This document shows positions 9,562 through 16,613 of a DNA stretch of 45,886 nucleotides, piece by piece (position 1 is the first letter of the stretch; each line of letters opens with the position of its first letter). Location of the stretch: contig JBAXOY010000007.1 in NCBI GenBank assembly GCA_037133055.1, positions 1-45,886 of the forward strand, given 5' to 3'. This DNA comes from Chlamydiota bacterium (GTDB lineage: Bacteria > Auribacterota > Tritonobacteria > UBA1439). A program made the position numbers and the translations under genes. Under the pieces are notes generated by a model. The model worked only from the letters and a program-made list of their open reading frames with translations. It ran no database searches and was not told where the DNA came from.

Positions 9562-9650
9562 GCGGCTATTCCAATATAAAGCGCGGCGGGGCGCTCCAAC
9601 CTATCGGAGAGGGAATCCCATTGTGTCCAGTCAGTCATCTTCTCCCTTAT

Positions 9651-9773
9651 GTCGAACGGCGAGCTGAACTACGACCCGGAGTGGCGCGGTTCATGCCTTG
9701 CATGAACCGTGATGCGAGGGGTTGTCAGCTGACGTTTCGGCGGTATCCGATAACGTCCGGCCTCTTGTTCTGC
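9651..9773 (-). other. attC site (123 bp, branched variable region)
   Basis: Minus strand GCAGAAC...GTTCGAC, starting 2 nt after the antitoxin stop; internal hairpin CGGTTCATGC-AAG-GCATGAACCG; homologous to the attC at 11811-11939. Confidence 0.78.
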
Positions 9774-9775
9774 CA

Positions 9776-10048
9776 TCATCCTGGCTTTTCAACCAGCCGG
9801 CCGTTGATGTATTTGTGCAGGACGCTGGAGAGAAGTGTTTGGTACGGCAGCCCTTCATGGACAGCGGTCTTCTGGAAGCGGATAAGGTCGCGTTCGGCCA
9901 TTCTGATATTCACGCGCTTGTCCTTCCGCAGCGTTGCGCGTGCCGCGTCGCGGTACCGCGTCGACTCTAGATGGAAGTCCGGAATACGCTTCCATTCCCC
10001 CCTCTCGACGGAGTCGAGTAGGCTCTTCTCTTCCTGTGTCAGTTTCAT
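9776..10048 (-). CDS. Antitoxin, CopG/RHH-like (partner of a BrnT-like toxin)
   Basis: KDKRVNIRM...EGLPYQTLLSSVLHKY; 4-nt ATGA overlap with the toxin. Confidence 0.85.
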   Translation of the reverse strand: MKLTQEEKSLLDSVERGEWKRIPDFHLESTRYRDAARATLRKDKRVNIRMAERDLIRFQKTAVHEGLPYQTLLSSVLHKYINGRLVEKPG

Positions 10049-10326
10049 TGTGTATCACCTCCCAAATACAGTTTTGTCATCTTGCGACTGGGAATGATTG
10101 TCTTGAGAAAGATCACCTCCTCGCCTTCCAAGAATGGCACGAGACAGGCGTAGCCTTCCACATTGACGATGAAGATGCGTTGATCAGGGTACTGCCGCTG
10201 ATTGGGGTGCTCGATTGTATCGAGCAAACCACCGTGCGCCAGATGAAAGACAACGTCCTCGAACATGATGCCACGCATCTGTCTCAGCCATTCGTTCTTC
10301 GTATCGTCCCAGTCGTATGGCTTCAT
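10045..10326 (-). CDS. BrnT-like type II toxin (RelE-fold)
   Basis: YDWDDTKNEWL...RGIMFEDV...HPNQ...LVPF...FLKTIIPSRK; toxin-first gene order. Confidence 0.85.
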   Translation of the reverse strand: MKPYDWDDTKNEWLRQMRGIMFEDVVFHLAHGGLLDTIEHPNQRQYPDQRIFIVNVEGYACLVPFLEGEEVIFLKTIIPSRKMTKLYLGGDTQ

Positions 10327-10332
10327 GCACCA

Positions 10333-10361
10333 AACATATCACGATGTGTGCACTTTGGCAA
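10333..10361 (-). promoter_or_regulatory. sigma70-type promoter of TA cassette 1 (probably leaderless)
   Basis: TTGCCA-17 nt-TATGTT-6 nt-ATG. Confidence 0.65.
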
Positions 10362-10388
10362 CAATTTCTTTTCGGCTCCTTTCTTGAC

Positions 10389-10453
10389 GAAGAACGTCAC
10401 GGTTCAGGCTGAGGCGCGCCTTGGCGCCGATAGGTTGCAACCGGTTGTTGGGC
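10389..10453 (-). other. attC site (65 bp)
   Basis: Minus strand GCCCAAC aaccggttgcaacct...agcctgaaccgtgac GTTCTTC, downstream of the Imm5-like gene. Confidence 0.8.
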
Positions 10454-10478
10454 AGTCGCAGTGGTCCGAGAGAGCCGG

Positions 10479-11006
10479 TCAGCAATCGAATAAGGACCAG
10501 CACTTCTCATTGCGCAACCTCTGGTCGTCGAGCACGAGTTCTCGGATCTCGCTGGGAAGCTGTGCACGCTGCCACTGGCACTCCAGGCGACCAGCCTCCT
10601 CATGCTCATCTTCAGGAGTCGCCGCGCGCGCGGCCCTGATCGCGTAGGCCGCTGCACCCAGTTCGTGAGCTGCCACATGAGCCACCGCCACGGCGTGACC
10701 GGCGGCGCGAGCCGCTTCCTTCGCGGCGCCGAACGCCTCTCTGGCCGCAGCGTGTGCGGCAAAGGCGGCCGGGCGGGCTTGAGTCATCGTAATCTCACCC
10801 CGCGCCCAAGCGCGCGCCTGTTCGATCGCTCGGCGCGGACGGTCGTCACTGGGTTGCGTTTGCTCGAAGAGGTGCAGCACGTGCTGCGCGCAATCGGCCG
10901 CCCACACTGCAAGAAGGCGATGATCGGCGTCCTGTAGGGTGCCGCCGCGACGCACGGTGACAAGCCTGGGGTCTCGTCTCTCGGTGAAGATGATGCGTCT
11001 GTCCAT
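10479..11006 (-). CDS. Imm5-like putative immunity protein (Ala-rich helical)
   Basis: LAVWAADCAQHVL...DDRPRRAIEQARAW...AARAAGHAVAVAH...HELGAAAYA; AAGGAG RBS just after the attC GTTAGGC. Confidence 0.75.
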   Translation of the reverse strand: MDRRIIFTERRDPRLVTVRRGGTLQDADHRLLAVWAADCAQHVLHLFEQTQPSDDRPRRAIEQARAWARGEITMTQARPAAFAAHAAAREAFGAAKEAARAAGHAVAVAHVAAHELGAAAYAIRAARAATPEDEHEEAGRLECQWQRAQLPSEIRELVLDDQRLRNEKCWSLFDC

Positions 11007-11019
11007 TTGCGCTCCTTTT

Positions 11020-11083
11020 GCCTAACGCCAAGTTCATCTGCAAGTTGCGTAGCAAATTGTCAGTCTGAAACTTGATGTTAGGC
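11020..11083 (-). other. attC site (64 bp)
   Basis: Perfect GCCTAAC...GTTAGGC ends; the upstream gene's TAA stop lies inside the inverse core site GCCTAAC, a classic cassette feature. Confidence 0.92.
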
Positions 11084-11635
11084 GTTTTCCGGCAAGGTCC
11101 GAGCACGGATGCCCGCGTCCAACTCATAGAGGATCGTGTTCAACCGACTGTTACCCGCTTGACGAGCGGGCATCTGTAGCAAGACTTCGCGCACTTCAGA
11201 AGTGACGTGTTCGATTGCCCAACGAACCTCACCATCACCGATGCTTGGATCGCCGACGTGGTAGAGCTCAAGCGCCAGCGCGGCATAGGCCGCTGGACCG
11301 AGAATGTGCTTCGTTTGGTGGACATCCGCCAATGGATGCGTGTAGGCGCTCGCCGCTGCAAGGCCCGCGGCGCGAGCGGATGCTGCTGCGGCGGGATCGT
11401 CTGCCTCACGTGCAGCGGAATACGCCGACCAGGCAAGGGAACGCAACTGAGCGCTTCGCTTTCCCCCACCAGCAAACACCCGAATGCCCTCAATCGCGGC
11501 ACGAGGCCGGGAATCTGAATCAGCATGAGTCTCATAGACCGACAGCGCCCTCTCAGCGCAGTCCGCAGCCCAACTCCCCAAGGCCCTAAGTGACTCCAGA
11601 GTCAGCGTGAAATACTTGGACTCACGCGCCATCAT
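11078..11635 (-). CDS. Imm5-like putative immunity protein, paralog of 10479-11006
   Basis: LGSWAADCAERAL...DSRPRAAIEG...ARAAGLAAASAY...HILGPAAYA; GGAGG RBS. Confidence 0.72.
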   Translation of the reverse strand: MMARESKYFTLTLESLRALGSWAADCAERALSVYETHADSDSRPRAAIEGIRVFAGGGKRSAQLRSLAWSAYSAAREADDPAAAASARAAGLAAASAYTHPLADVHQTKHILGPAAYAALALELYHVGDPSIGDGEVRWAIEHVTSEVREVLLQMPARQAGNSRLNTILYELDAGIRARTLPENA

Positions 11636-11673
11636 TCACCTCCATAAATTTTTCAAAATCATGTGATGCCATA

Positions 11674-11793
11674 AATGTATCGCAGAGGGAATAGATGACC
11701 TGCGGAGATTCTAATTACAAAGCAAGCTATCCAGTTTCTTGGGGGGCGGGTCAAATGGTCTTGCCATGCTCTAATTACTGACCCTGGTGGTTT
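11674..11793. repeat. Direct repeat, copy 1 (102 bp ungapped plus a 15-bp tail), shared with 13628-13779
   Basis: AATGTATCGCAGAGGGAATAGATGACC...CATGCTCTAAT; 5 mismatches in 102 bp by hand count; TGACCCTGGTGGTTT follows in both copies. Confidence 0.92.
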
Positions 11794-11810
11794 GACTGAT
11801 GGTTTGCCTG

Positions 11811-11939
11811 GGCCAACGGCCAGATGAGCTGCGACCCGGAGTGGCGCGGGTCATGCCTTGTATGAACCGTGACGCGAGGGGTTGTCAGCGTTTGTCCGCC
11901 CGCCGCGGGCGGGCAATACGTTCCGCCCTGTTGTTCGAC
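11811..11939 (-). other. attC site (129 bp, branched variable region)
   Basis: Minus strand GTCGAAC...GTTGGCC; the distal ~75 bp are closely similar to the attC at 9651. Confidence 0.78.
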
Positions 11940-12229
11940 CACGATTCCGTTCTCTGAGTTCTTCGCTCTGCTTTGATGCCCCATGCCAGGTAGAGTTTGG
12001 CAAGGCTCTGGTAGGGAACATCACGTTTGTTGGCGAGAACCTTGAGCTCATCCAGCATGTCTTCCGGCAATCGGATCGAGATAGATTTCAGAGATGGACG
12101 AAGATTGGAAAACGATGCCCGCGTTGCGGCGGATATATCAAAGTAGTCAAGGGGGGAGTGTGACGCCCAAAACTCTCTTTCTTCATCCTCCGTCCGGAAG
12201 GTCGGTTTAGTCTTTAGCCGCGTGCTCAT
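11885..12229 (-). CDS. BrnA/CopG-like antitoxin; reading frame runs into the attC
   Basis: FRTEDEEREFWASH...NLRPSLKSISIRLP...ANKRDVPYQSL. Confidence 0.85.
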   Translation of the reverse strand: MSTRLKTKPTFRTEDEEREFWASHSPLDYFDISAATRASFSNLRPSLKSISIRLPEDMLDELKVLANKRDVPYQSLAKLYLAWGIKAERRTQRTESWSNNRAERIARPRRADKR

Positions 12230-12509
12230 AGAATTGCCGCTCCTTTCTACTCATGTCTCGAGCCGAAATCACCCGAAGCAAACCCGCTCGTTGCGTGTAG
12301 ACGACAACCAGCGGTCGTCCTTGATCTGTCTGGCCAAAGGCCGCACACCGCTCTTCGGCGACGGTGTGCTTCGGGTCATCGAGAATCATCAGCGGTTGAT
12401 TGAAAAAGACTTGCTCACACTCGGATGCCAGAACCCGGCGTTTCAGGTTCTTGTCCCTATTACCATCATCCCAGTCAAACCCCGTGAACTCTGGGTAATC
12501 ACGTGTCAT
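12207..12509 (-). CDS. BrnT family toxin (start 12509 or 12515)
   Basis: GFDWDDGNRDKNL...ECEQVFFN...DPKH...EER...G.T..GR.L.VVYT.R...RVISARDMSRKER. Confidence 0.9.
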   Translation of the reverse strand: MTRDYPEFTGFDWDDGNRDKNLKRRVLASECEQVFFNQPLMILDDPKHTVAEERCAAFGQTDQGRPLVVVYTQRAGLLRVISARDMSRKERQFYEHAAKD

Positions 12510-12515
12510 AGGCAT

Positions 12516-12544
12516 ACGGTATATCTACACAATATACATGTCAA
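12516..12544 (-). promoter_or_regulatory. sigma70-type promoter of TA cassette 2 (probably leaderless)
   Basis: TTGACA-17 nt-TACCGT-6 nt-ATG(12509). Confidence 0.65.
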
Positions 12545-12569
12545 CTTATTCTTTTAGGTGCATCTGCTG

Positions 12570-12695
12570 GCCGAACGTCCAAGCTCAGCGACCGCCGCTG
12601 GAAACGCCCGGGCGGTTGCAACAATCGCGAGCAAATTCTCCCAAACCGTCCGACTGCCCAGCGGGGCAGCGGTTCGCTGCAGCGCCTTGTTAGGC
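12570..12695 (-). other. attC site (126 bp)
   Basis: Minus strand GCCTAAC aaggcgCTGCAGCGaaccg...cggtCGCTGAGCttggac GTTCGGC, with the typical L''/L' extra-base asymmetry. Confidence 0.9.
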
Positions 12696-12777
12696 GCTTT
12701 GGTGCGGTATGAATAGCAAGCCAAATCCAATGAGGCATAAAGGCTGAGGCAAACAATGGCAGATACAGGGCGAGTCG

Positions 12778-13050
12778 TTATCCGGCCTTTATTTTTAAAT
12801 CTCCTTCGACATATCGATGAATTAAGCCGGAAATAAGCGTTTGATAAGGAACACCCATTTCCATTGCCTTTTTCTGGATACCGATGAGATCGTGATCATA
12901 AAGGCGGATGGTTATACGTCTGTCCTTTCTGAAGGTGGTATCGGCTGCCGTCTTGATTGCTTTGATTTCTTCTTTGGATGGCGTAGAAAGCTTCATCTTG
13001 CCACTTTCCAAGGAATCAAGGATATATTTTTCTTCCTTGCTAAGTTTCAT
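12778..13050 (-). CDS. Antitoxin, CopG/RHH-like; paralog of 9776-10048
   Basis: MKLSKEEKYILDSLESG...RKDRRITIRL...GVPYQTLISGLIHRY. Confidence 0.85.
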   Translation of the reverse strand: MKLSKEEKYILDSLESGKMKLSTPSKEEIKAIKTAADTTFRKDRRITIRLYDHDLIGIQKKAMEMGVPYQTLISGLIHRYVEGDLKIKAG

Positions 13051-13330
13051 TTTGGGTCTCCTGTTCTTCTAAGAATAGATGTGTTGCTTTCCTGCTGGGG
13101 ATAATTGTCTTCAGAAATATATGATCCTTTTCAATAATGTGCGGCACCAGGTATATGTACTTTTCAATGATGACAAAATATATCTTCTGCCTGGGATACC
13201 TCATTTGGTCAGGGTGATCAGCGATCCTCCATACATCCCCCCGAGATAAATGAAATATCACCCGCTCAAATGATATATTTCTCTCCTTTTTCAGCCATTT
13301 ATTCTTGTCCGGATTCCATTCGTATCTCAT
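13040..13330 (-). CDS. BrnT-like toxin; paralog of 10045-10326 (start revised to 13330)
   Basis: MRYEWNPDKNKWLKKERNISFERV...HPDQ...LVP...FLKTIIPSRK. Confidence 0.85.
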   Translation of the reverse strand: MRYEWNPDKNKWLKKERNISFERVIFHLSRGDVWRIADHPDQMRYPRQKIYFVIIEKYIYLVPHIIEKDHIFLKTIIPSRKATHLFLEEQETQNET

Positions 13331-13336
13331 TGTCAG

Positions 13337-13365
13337 ATTGTACATCTATTGTCTGTACATTGCAA
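13337..13365 (-). promoter_or_regulatory. sigma70-type promoter of TA cassette 3, with two TGTACA palindromes (likely antitoxin operator)
   Basis: TTGCAA-17 nt-TACAAT-6 nt-ATG; TGTACA occurs twice within the promoter. Confidence 0.7.
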
Positions 13366-13515
13366 TGGTGAATTACCTTGTTCTTCTATCTACACCGGAT
13401 AACTTGGTATCTTACGCAAATTCCCTTTTGCCGGGGGACATGATTGCCCTACGATCTCACCGCCAGGTTGTGCACATCCATGAATGGAATCCCACACGAA
13501 TAGTAATACTTGTCG

Positions 13516-13646
13516 CGTTCATATGGCATCCGAAAGTCCGAAGATGGACTTTTCGGGGAGTAGCTTCAGTGGGTTTGGCCTGCTCGGTTATGCGGCCATT
13601 CTAATAAAAAACGCGGACGGATGCTTCAATGTATCGCAGAGGGAAT
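13516..13646 (-). pseudogene. Degenerate duplicate of the miaB 5' end and upstream region
   Basis: Translates to TPRKVHLRTFGCHMN versus MiaB IPRKVHLRTYGCQMN; ungapped alignment to 9486-9616 at offset 4030; the start codon position is ATA. Confidence 0.85.
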
Positions 13647-13779
13647 AGATGACCTGCGGAGATTCTAACGACAAGGCAAGCTATCCAGTTTTTTGGGGGG
13701 CGGGTCAAATGGTCTTGTCATGCTCTAATCATCAACTATGCGCCTCTTAGTGTATAGTTAAGGGTGACCCTGGTGGTTT
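13628..13779. repeat. Direct repeat, copy 2, carrying an extra hairpin-containing segment (13730-13764)
   Basis: Matches 11674-11793; the extra segment contains AACTATGCGC-CTCTTA-GTGTATAGTT. Confidence 0.92.
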
Positions 13780-13804
13780 CCTCATCAATAAAGACCCGGG
13801 GAGT

Positions 13805-14239
13805 TCAGCGTGACCCTGCCGCGGGCGCCGTACCCTCGCCCTGGGCGGGGACGGCAGGCGCCGCCGTGTCCGGCACAGGAGAGGCCGCCTTCTCCGGAAA
13901 CCGGGCTGCCCTCGCGGAGCTCGCCTTTTCCGGGATCTTCGGCGTGGCCGCCGATTTCGACGCCTTGCGCGCGGCGGACTTGGACGGCTTGAATTTTACG
14001 TCCACCCCCTTGACCTTGTACCCGGAGCCCTTCTCCTTCATCTTGAACTTCTCCCCCGTCCCCTTGACTTTGTAGCTCGATCCCGATTGCTTGATCTTCA
14101 CCTTCTCGTCGGCGCCCTTGACGGTCATCGTGTCGTCCGACTCATCGAACTTCACCTTGACCTTTTCCTGCGCGATCCCCGCAGTCGCGATCAGCGCCGT
14201 GGCGAAAATGCCCGCCGCCACAATCCGTCCGTGTCTCAT
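13805..14239 (-). CDS. Secreted Lys-rich hypothetical protein with internal repeats
   Basis: Signal peptide; repeats EKVKVKFDESDDTMTVKG / EKVKIKQSGSSYKVKG / EKFKMKEKGSGYKVKG; GGGAG RBS. Confidence 0.7.
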   Translation of the reverse strand: MRHGRIVAAGIFATALIATAGIAQEKVKVKFDESDDTMTVKGADEKVKIKQSGSSYKVKGTGEKFKMKEKGSGYKVKGVDVKFKPSKSAARKASKSAATPKIPEKASSARAARFPEKAASPVPDTAAPAVPAQGEGTAPAAGSR

Positions 14240-14335
14240 CCCTGCTCCCTCCCTGTTGCAATCCCTGCCCCTCTACCATGGTACCATGTATCCGGGGCAA
14301 TGCCAGCGGGTATTCGGCACGGGTATTCGGCCGGG

Positions 14336-14460
14336 TCATAGTCTTATAGGTCTTGTAAGTCCTATGGAACCTATTGGACGCCGCGGCACGCCCACACGCC
14401 GACACGCCCTTACGCCCATACGGATGTCCCTTTTACAGGATGTCCCTTTTTGGATGCCCT
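14336..14460. repeat. Composite of short degenerate tandem repeats in a divergent intergenic region
   Basis: 9-mer-like TAGGTCTTA units, 8-mer CACGCCCA/CACGCCGA/TACGCCCA units, and GGATGTCCCTTTT twice. Confidence 0.65.
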
Positions 14461-14522
14461 CGCCCCCGGCTTCTGCTATCCTTATCACCGAGCGGATCGC
14501 GCACCGCACTCGGGAGGGACCT

Positions 14523-15389
14523 ATGAAACACGCTCTGCGGACCGTAACGGCGGCGCTCTTCACCCTCGTCTATTCCGTCTTCGCCCAGCCGGCCACCCCC
14601 GGGGCGCCCGCATCCGCCGTCCCCGCCGCGAAGCCCGCGGCGGCAGCGGCCACCGCCCCCGCGGACACGCTCCGGATCATCTCCGACTTCAACTCGGCCC
14701 CCTTCGCCTACCGGGACGGGATTAAAAAGACCGGTGTCGACGTCGACCTCGCCGAGGCGCTCGCGAAGGAGATGGGGAAGAAGGTGGAGTGGGTCCCGAT
14801 GAGCTTCGATATCAGCGCCTATGCCTCGGCGCTCGACCGCGGGAACGCCGACGCGGCGATCGCGTCCATCAGCATCACGGACGAGCGGGCGAAGATACTC
14901 TCGTTCACGAAGCCGTACGCCCGGATGGGGCTCGCCCTCGCGGTGAGGAGCGATATCGACTGGAGGCACAGCTGGTTCACCACGGGGCTCAAGGACTGGC
15001 GCATCGGGGTGCTGCGCGGCACCACCGCGGAAAAATGGGCGAAGAAGAATCTCGATGGGCGGGTGGAATATTATTCCTCGCTCGACCGGATGATCCAGGT
15101 GCTGAAGAATTCACCCATGCCCACGGAATCCGGAAAGGGCGGAACCTGCATCCTGTATGACGAGGTGCCGCTGCGGTGGACCCTCTCCAAGTACAGCTAC
15201 CGGTACGAGATCGTGGAGACGGGAATAGAGATTCAGAGGTACGGCATCGCGGTCCGGAAGGGGAACACCGTCCTCCTCGACGCGATAAATTCGGCGATCT
15301 CCCGGCTCAAGGAGAGCAAAGAGGCGGGCGCGATACGGGAGAAGTGGCGCTCCCGGGCGCAGGGGCTCGACTTCTTCAAGGAAGACTGA
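14523..15389 (+). CDS. Polar amino-acid ABC transporter substrate-binding protein (family 3), with no permease nearby
   Basis: Signal peptide; APFAY...GVDVDLAEALAKEMG...DAAIASISITDERAKILSFTKPY...IGVLRGTT...YGIAVRKGN; GGAGG RBS before ATG 14523. Confidence 0.88.
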   Translation: MKHALRTVTAALFTLVYSVFAQPATPGAPASAVPAAKPAAAAATAPADTLRIISDFNSAPFAYRDGIKKTGVDVDLAEALAKEMGKKVEWVPMSFDISAYASALDRGNADAAIASISITDERAKILSFTKPYARMGLALAVRSDIDWRHSWFTTGLKDWRIGVLRGTTAEKWAKKNLDGRVEYYSSLDRMIQVLKNSPMPTESGKGGTCILYDEVPLRWTLSKYSYRYEIVETGIEIQRYGIAVRKGNTVLLDAINSAISRLKESKEAGAIREKWRSRAQGLDFFKED

Positions 15390-15398
15390 CCGCGGCCC

Positions 15399-16613
15399 TC
15401 ATCCTCCCCGCCCCGCCCCGAGGAGGAGATGCCTGAACCGCGGCTCCAGCAGCTCCGCCTGCCAGCGCATCAGCGGTCCGCACGCCGCGAGCTCTTCGAC
15501 GTTCTGCGGGCGCCTCCGCGACACCGAGACGAGCGCTGCGCGGTTCGCGAGGACCGCCGGATCGAGGTCGAGTTCCACCGCGCAGCGCGCGCACTCCTCG
15601 CGCAGCTTTTCCATCAGGCCGATCGGGTAGTGCTCGGTCACCCTGCGCGGAAACCTCTCCGGCCACTCCTCCTCGCGCATCACGCGTCCCCTCTCCAGCG
15701 CCCCCTCGAGCGCCTCGATCCGCCGCCCGACGCAGGTGCGGGGGAGTTTTATCCCCCCGAGGCGGAAATCCCTCCCCGCTGCCGACGCGGCGACCGCCAG
15801 GGCGAGGAGCTGCTCGTTCCCGAGCACCTTGAACGGCGGGAGGTCGGCCTCGCGCGCCTGTGCATCCCTCCATCGCCAGAGCTCGCGGAGATAACAGAGC
15901 TGCCGCCGTTCGAACCGCCCCGTCCCCTTCAGCCGCCACGCCTCTTCGTGATCCCGCGGCGCGTCTCCCGCCGTGGCATTGACCACGCGCGCGCAGGATT
16001 CGCGGTGCCAGGCATCGCGCCCGCGGGCGCGGAGCTCCGCCTCGAGGCGCTCGGCGATGCCCCCGAGGTAGTGCGTGTCGCAGACGAGGTAGTCGAGATG
16101 GGAGGGAGTCAGGGGGCGGCGGGACCAGTCGGACTTCTGGCCGTGCTTGGAGAGCGCGACGCCGAAGAAGCGCTCCGCGAGCGCGGCGAGGCCGAACTGC
16201 CGGTACCCCAGGAGCTTGGCGGCAAGCATCGTGTCGCAGACCTCGCGCCGCGGCCGGAAGCCGAACGAGGCGCGCATCAGGCGCAGATCGTAGTCGGCGC
16301 CATGGATGATCAGCGGCTTTTCCTCGATGACGCGCACGAGCTCCGCGAGGTCGAGCCCGGCGAGCGGGTCCACGATGTAGTTATCCCCGGAGAAAGAGAG
16401 CTGGAAGACACAGACCTTCTCCCGGTAGTGATAGAGGCTGTCCGCCTCCGTGTCGAGCGCGACCCGGTCCGCACCGCGCAGCCGCGCGAGGAGCCCCGCG
16501 AGCGGCTCCGGCGACCGGATGTAGCGGGAGGATATCCGGGACGGCACAGCCGCGGACGGGCCCGGTACGGCGGGGGGACGATCGCGCGCGTCCCCCGGGT
16601 GGGGCGTGCTCAC
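15399..16613 (-). CDS. rnd: Ribonuclease D-like 3'-5' exonuclease with HRDC domain (start uncertain)
   Basis: ALDTEADSLYHY, HGADYDL, DTMLAAKLLG, SDWSRRPL, LWRWRDAQAREADLPPFKVL. Confidence 0.9.
   Translation of the reverse strand: MSTPHPGDARDRPPAVPGPSAAVPSRISSRYIRSPEPLAGLLARLRGADRVALDTEADSLYHYREKVCVFQLSFSGDNYIVDPLAGLDLAELVRVIEEKPLIIHGADYDLRLMRASFGFRPRREVCDTMLAAKLLGYRQFGLAALAERFFGVALSKHGQKSDWSRRPLTPSHLDYLVCDTHYLGGIAERLEAELRARGRDAWHRESCARVVNATAGDAPRDHEEAWRLKGTGRFERRQLCYLRELWRWRDAQAREADLPPFKVLGNEQLLALAVAASAAGRDFRLGGIKLPRTCVGRRIEALEGALERGRVMREEEWPERFPRRVTEHYPIGLMEKLREECARCAVELDLDPAVLANRAALVSVSRRRPQNVEELAACGPLMRWQAELLEPRFRHLLLGAGRGG

Larger units (their letters stand above)
9651..13365 (-). mobile_element. 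Integron gene-cassette array without integrase (CALIN): five cassettes and five attC sites
   Basis: Co-oriented short genes, each followed by an imperfect palindrome bounded by ...AAC and GTT... core sites; lower GC than the flanks; no tyrosine recombinase in the window. Confidence 0.88.

Noticed and set aside
4208..9579. Long alternative-frame ORFs (e.g. 4208-6502, 5697-7859, 7885-9579; likewise 15429-17357, 31546-33012, 39783-41408)
   Set aside because: Shadow ORFs on or opposite clear conserved genes in high-GC DNA, with biased low-information translations and no motifs
13305..13604. Plus-strand 99-aa ORF (and the small ORFs at 9621-10097, 11775-11984, 12541-12756)
   Set aside because: They overlap TA promoters, attC sites or the miaB relic and have no protein-like motifs
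13730..13764. dif/Xer site in the extra hairpin segment
   Set aside because: GCGCATA resembles a XerC arm, but no TTATGTTAAA-like XerD arm lies at the right spacing
9620..13800. Complete integron, prophage or IS element
   Set aside because: No tyrosine or serine recombinase, transposase or phage gene in any frame of the ORF track; only cassettes and repeats remain
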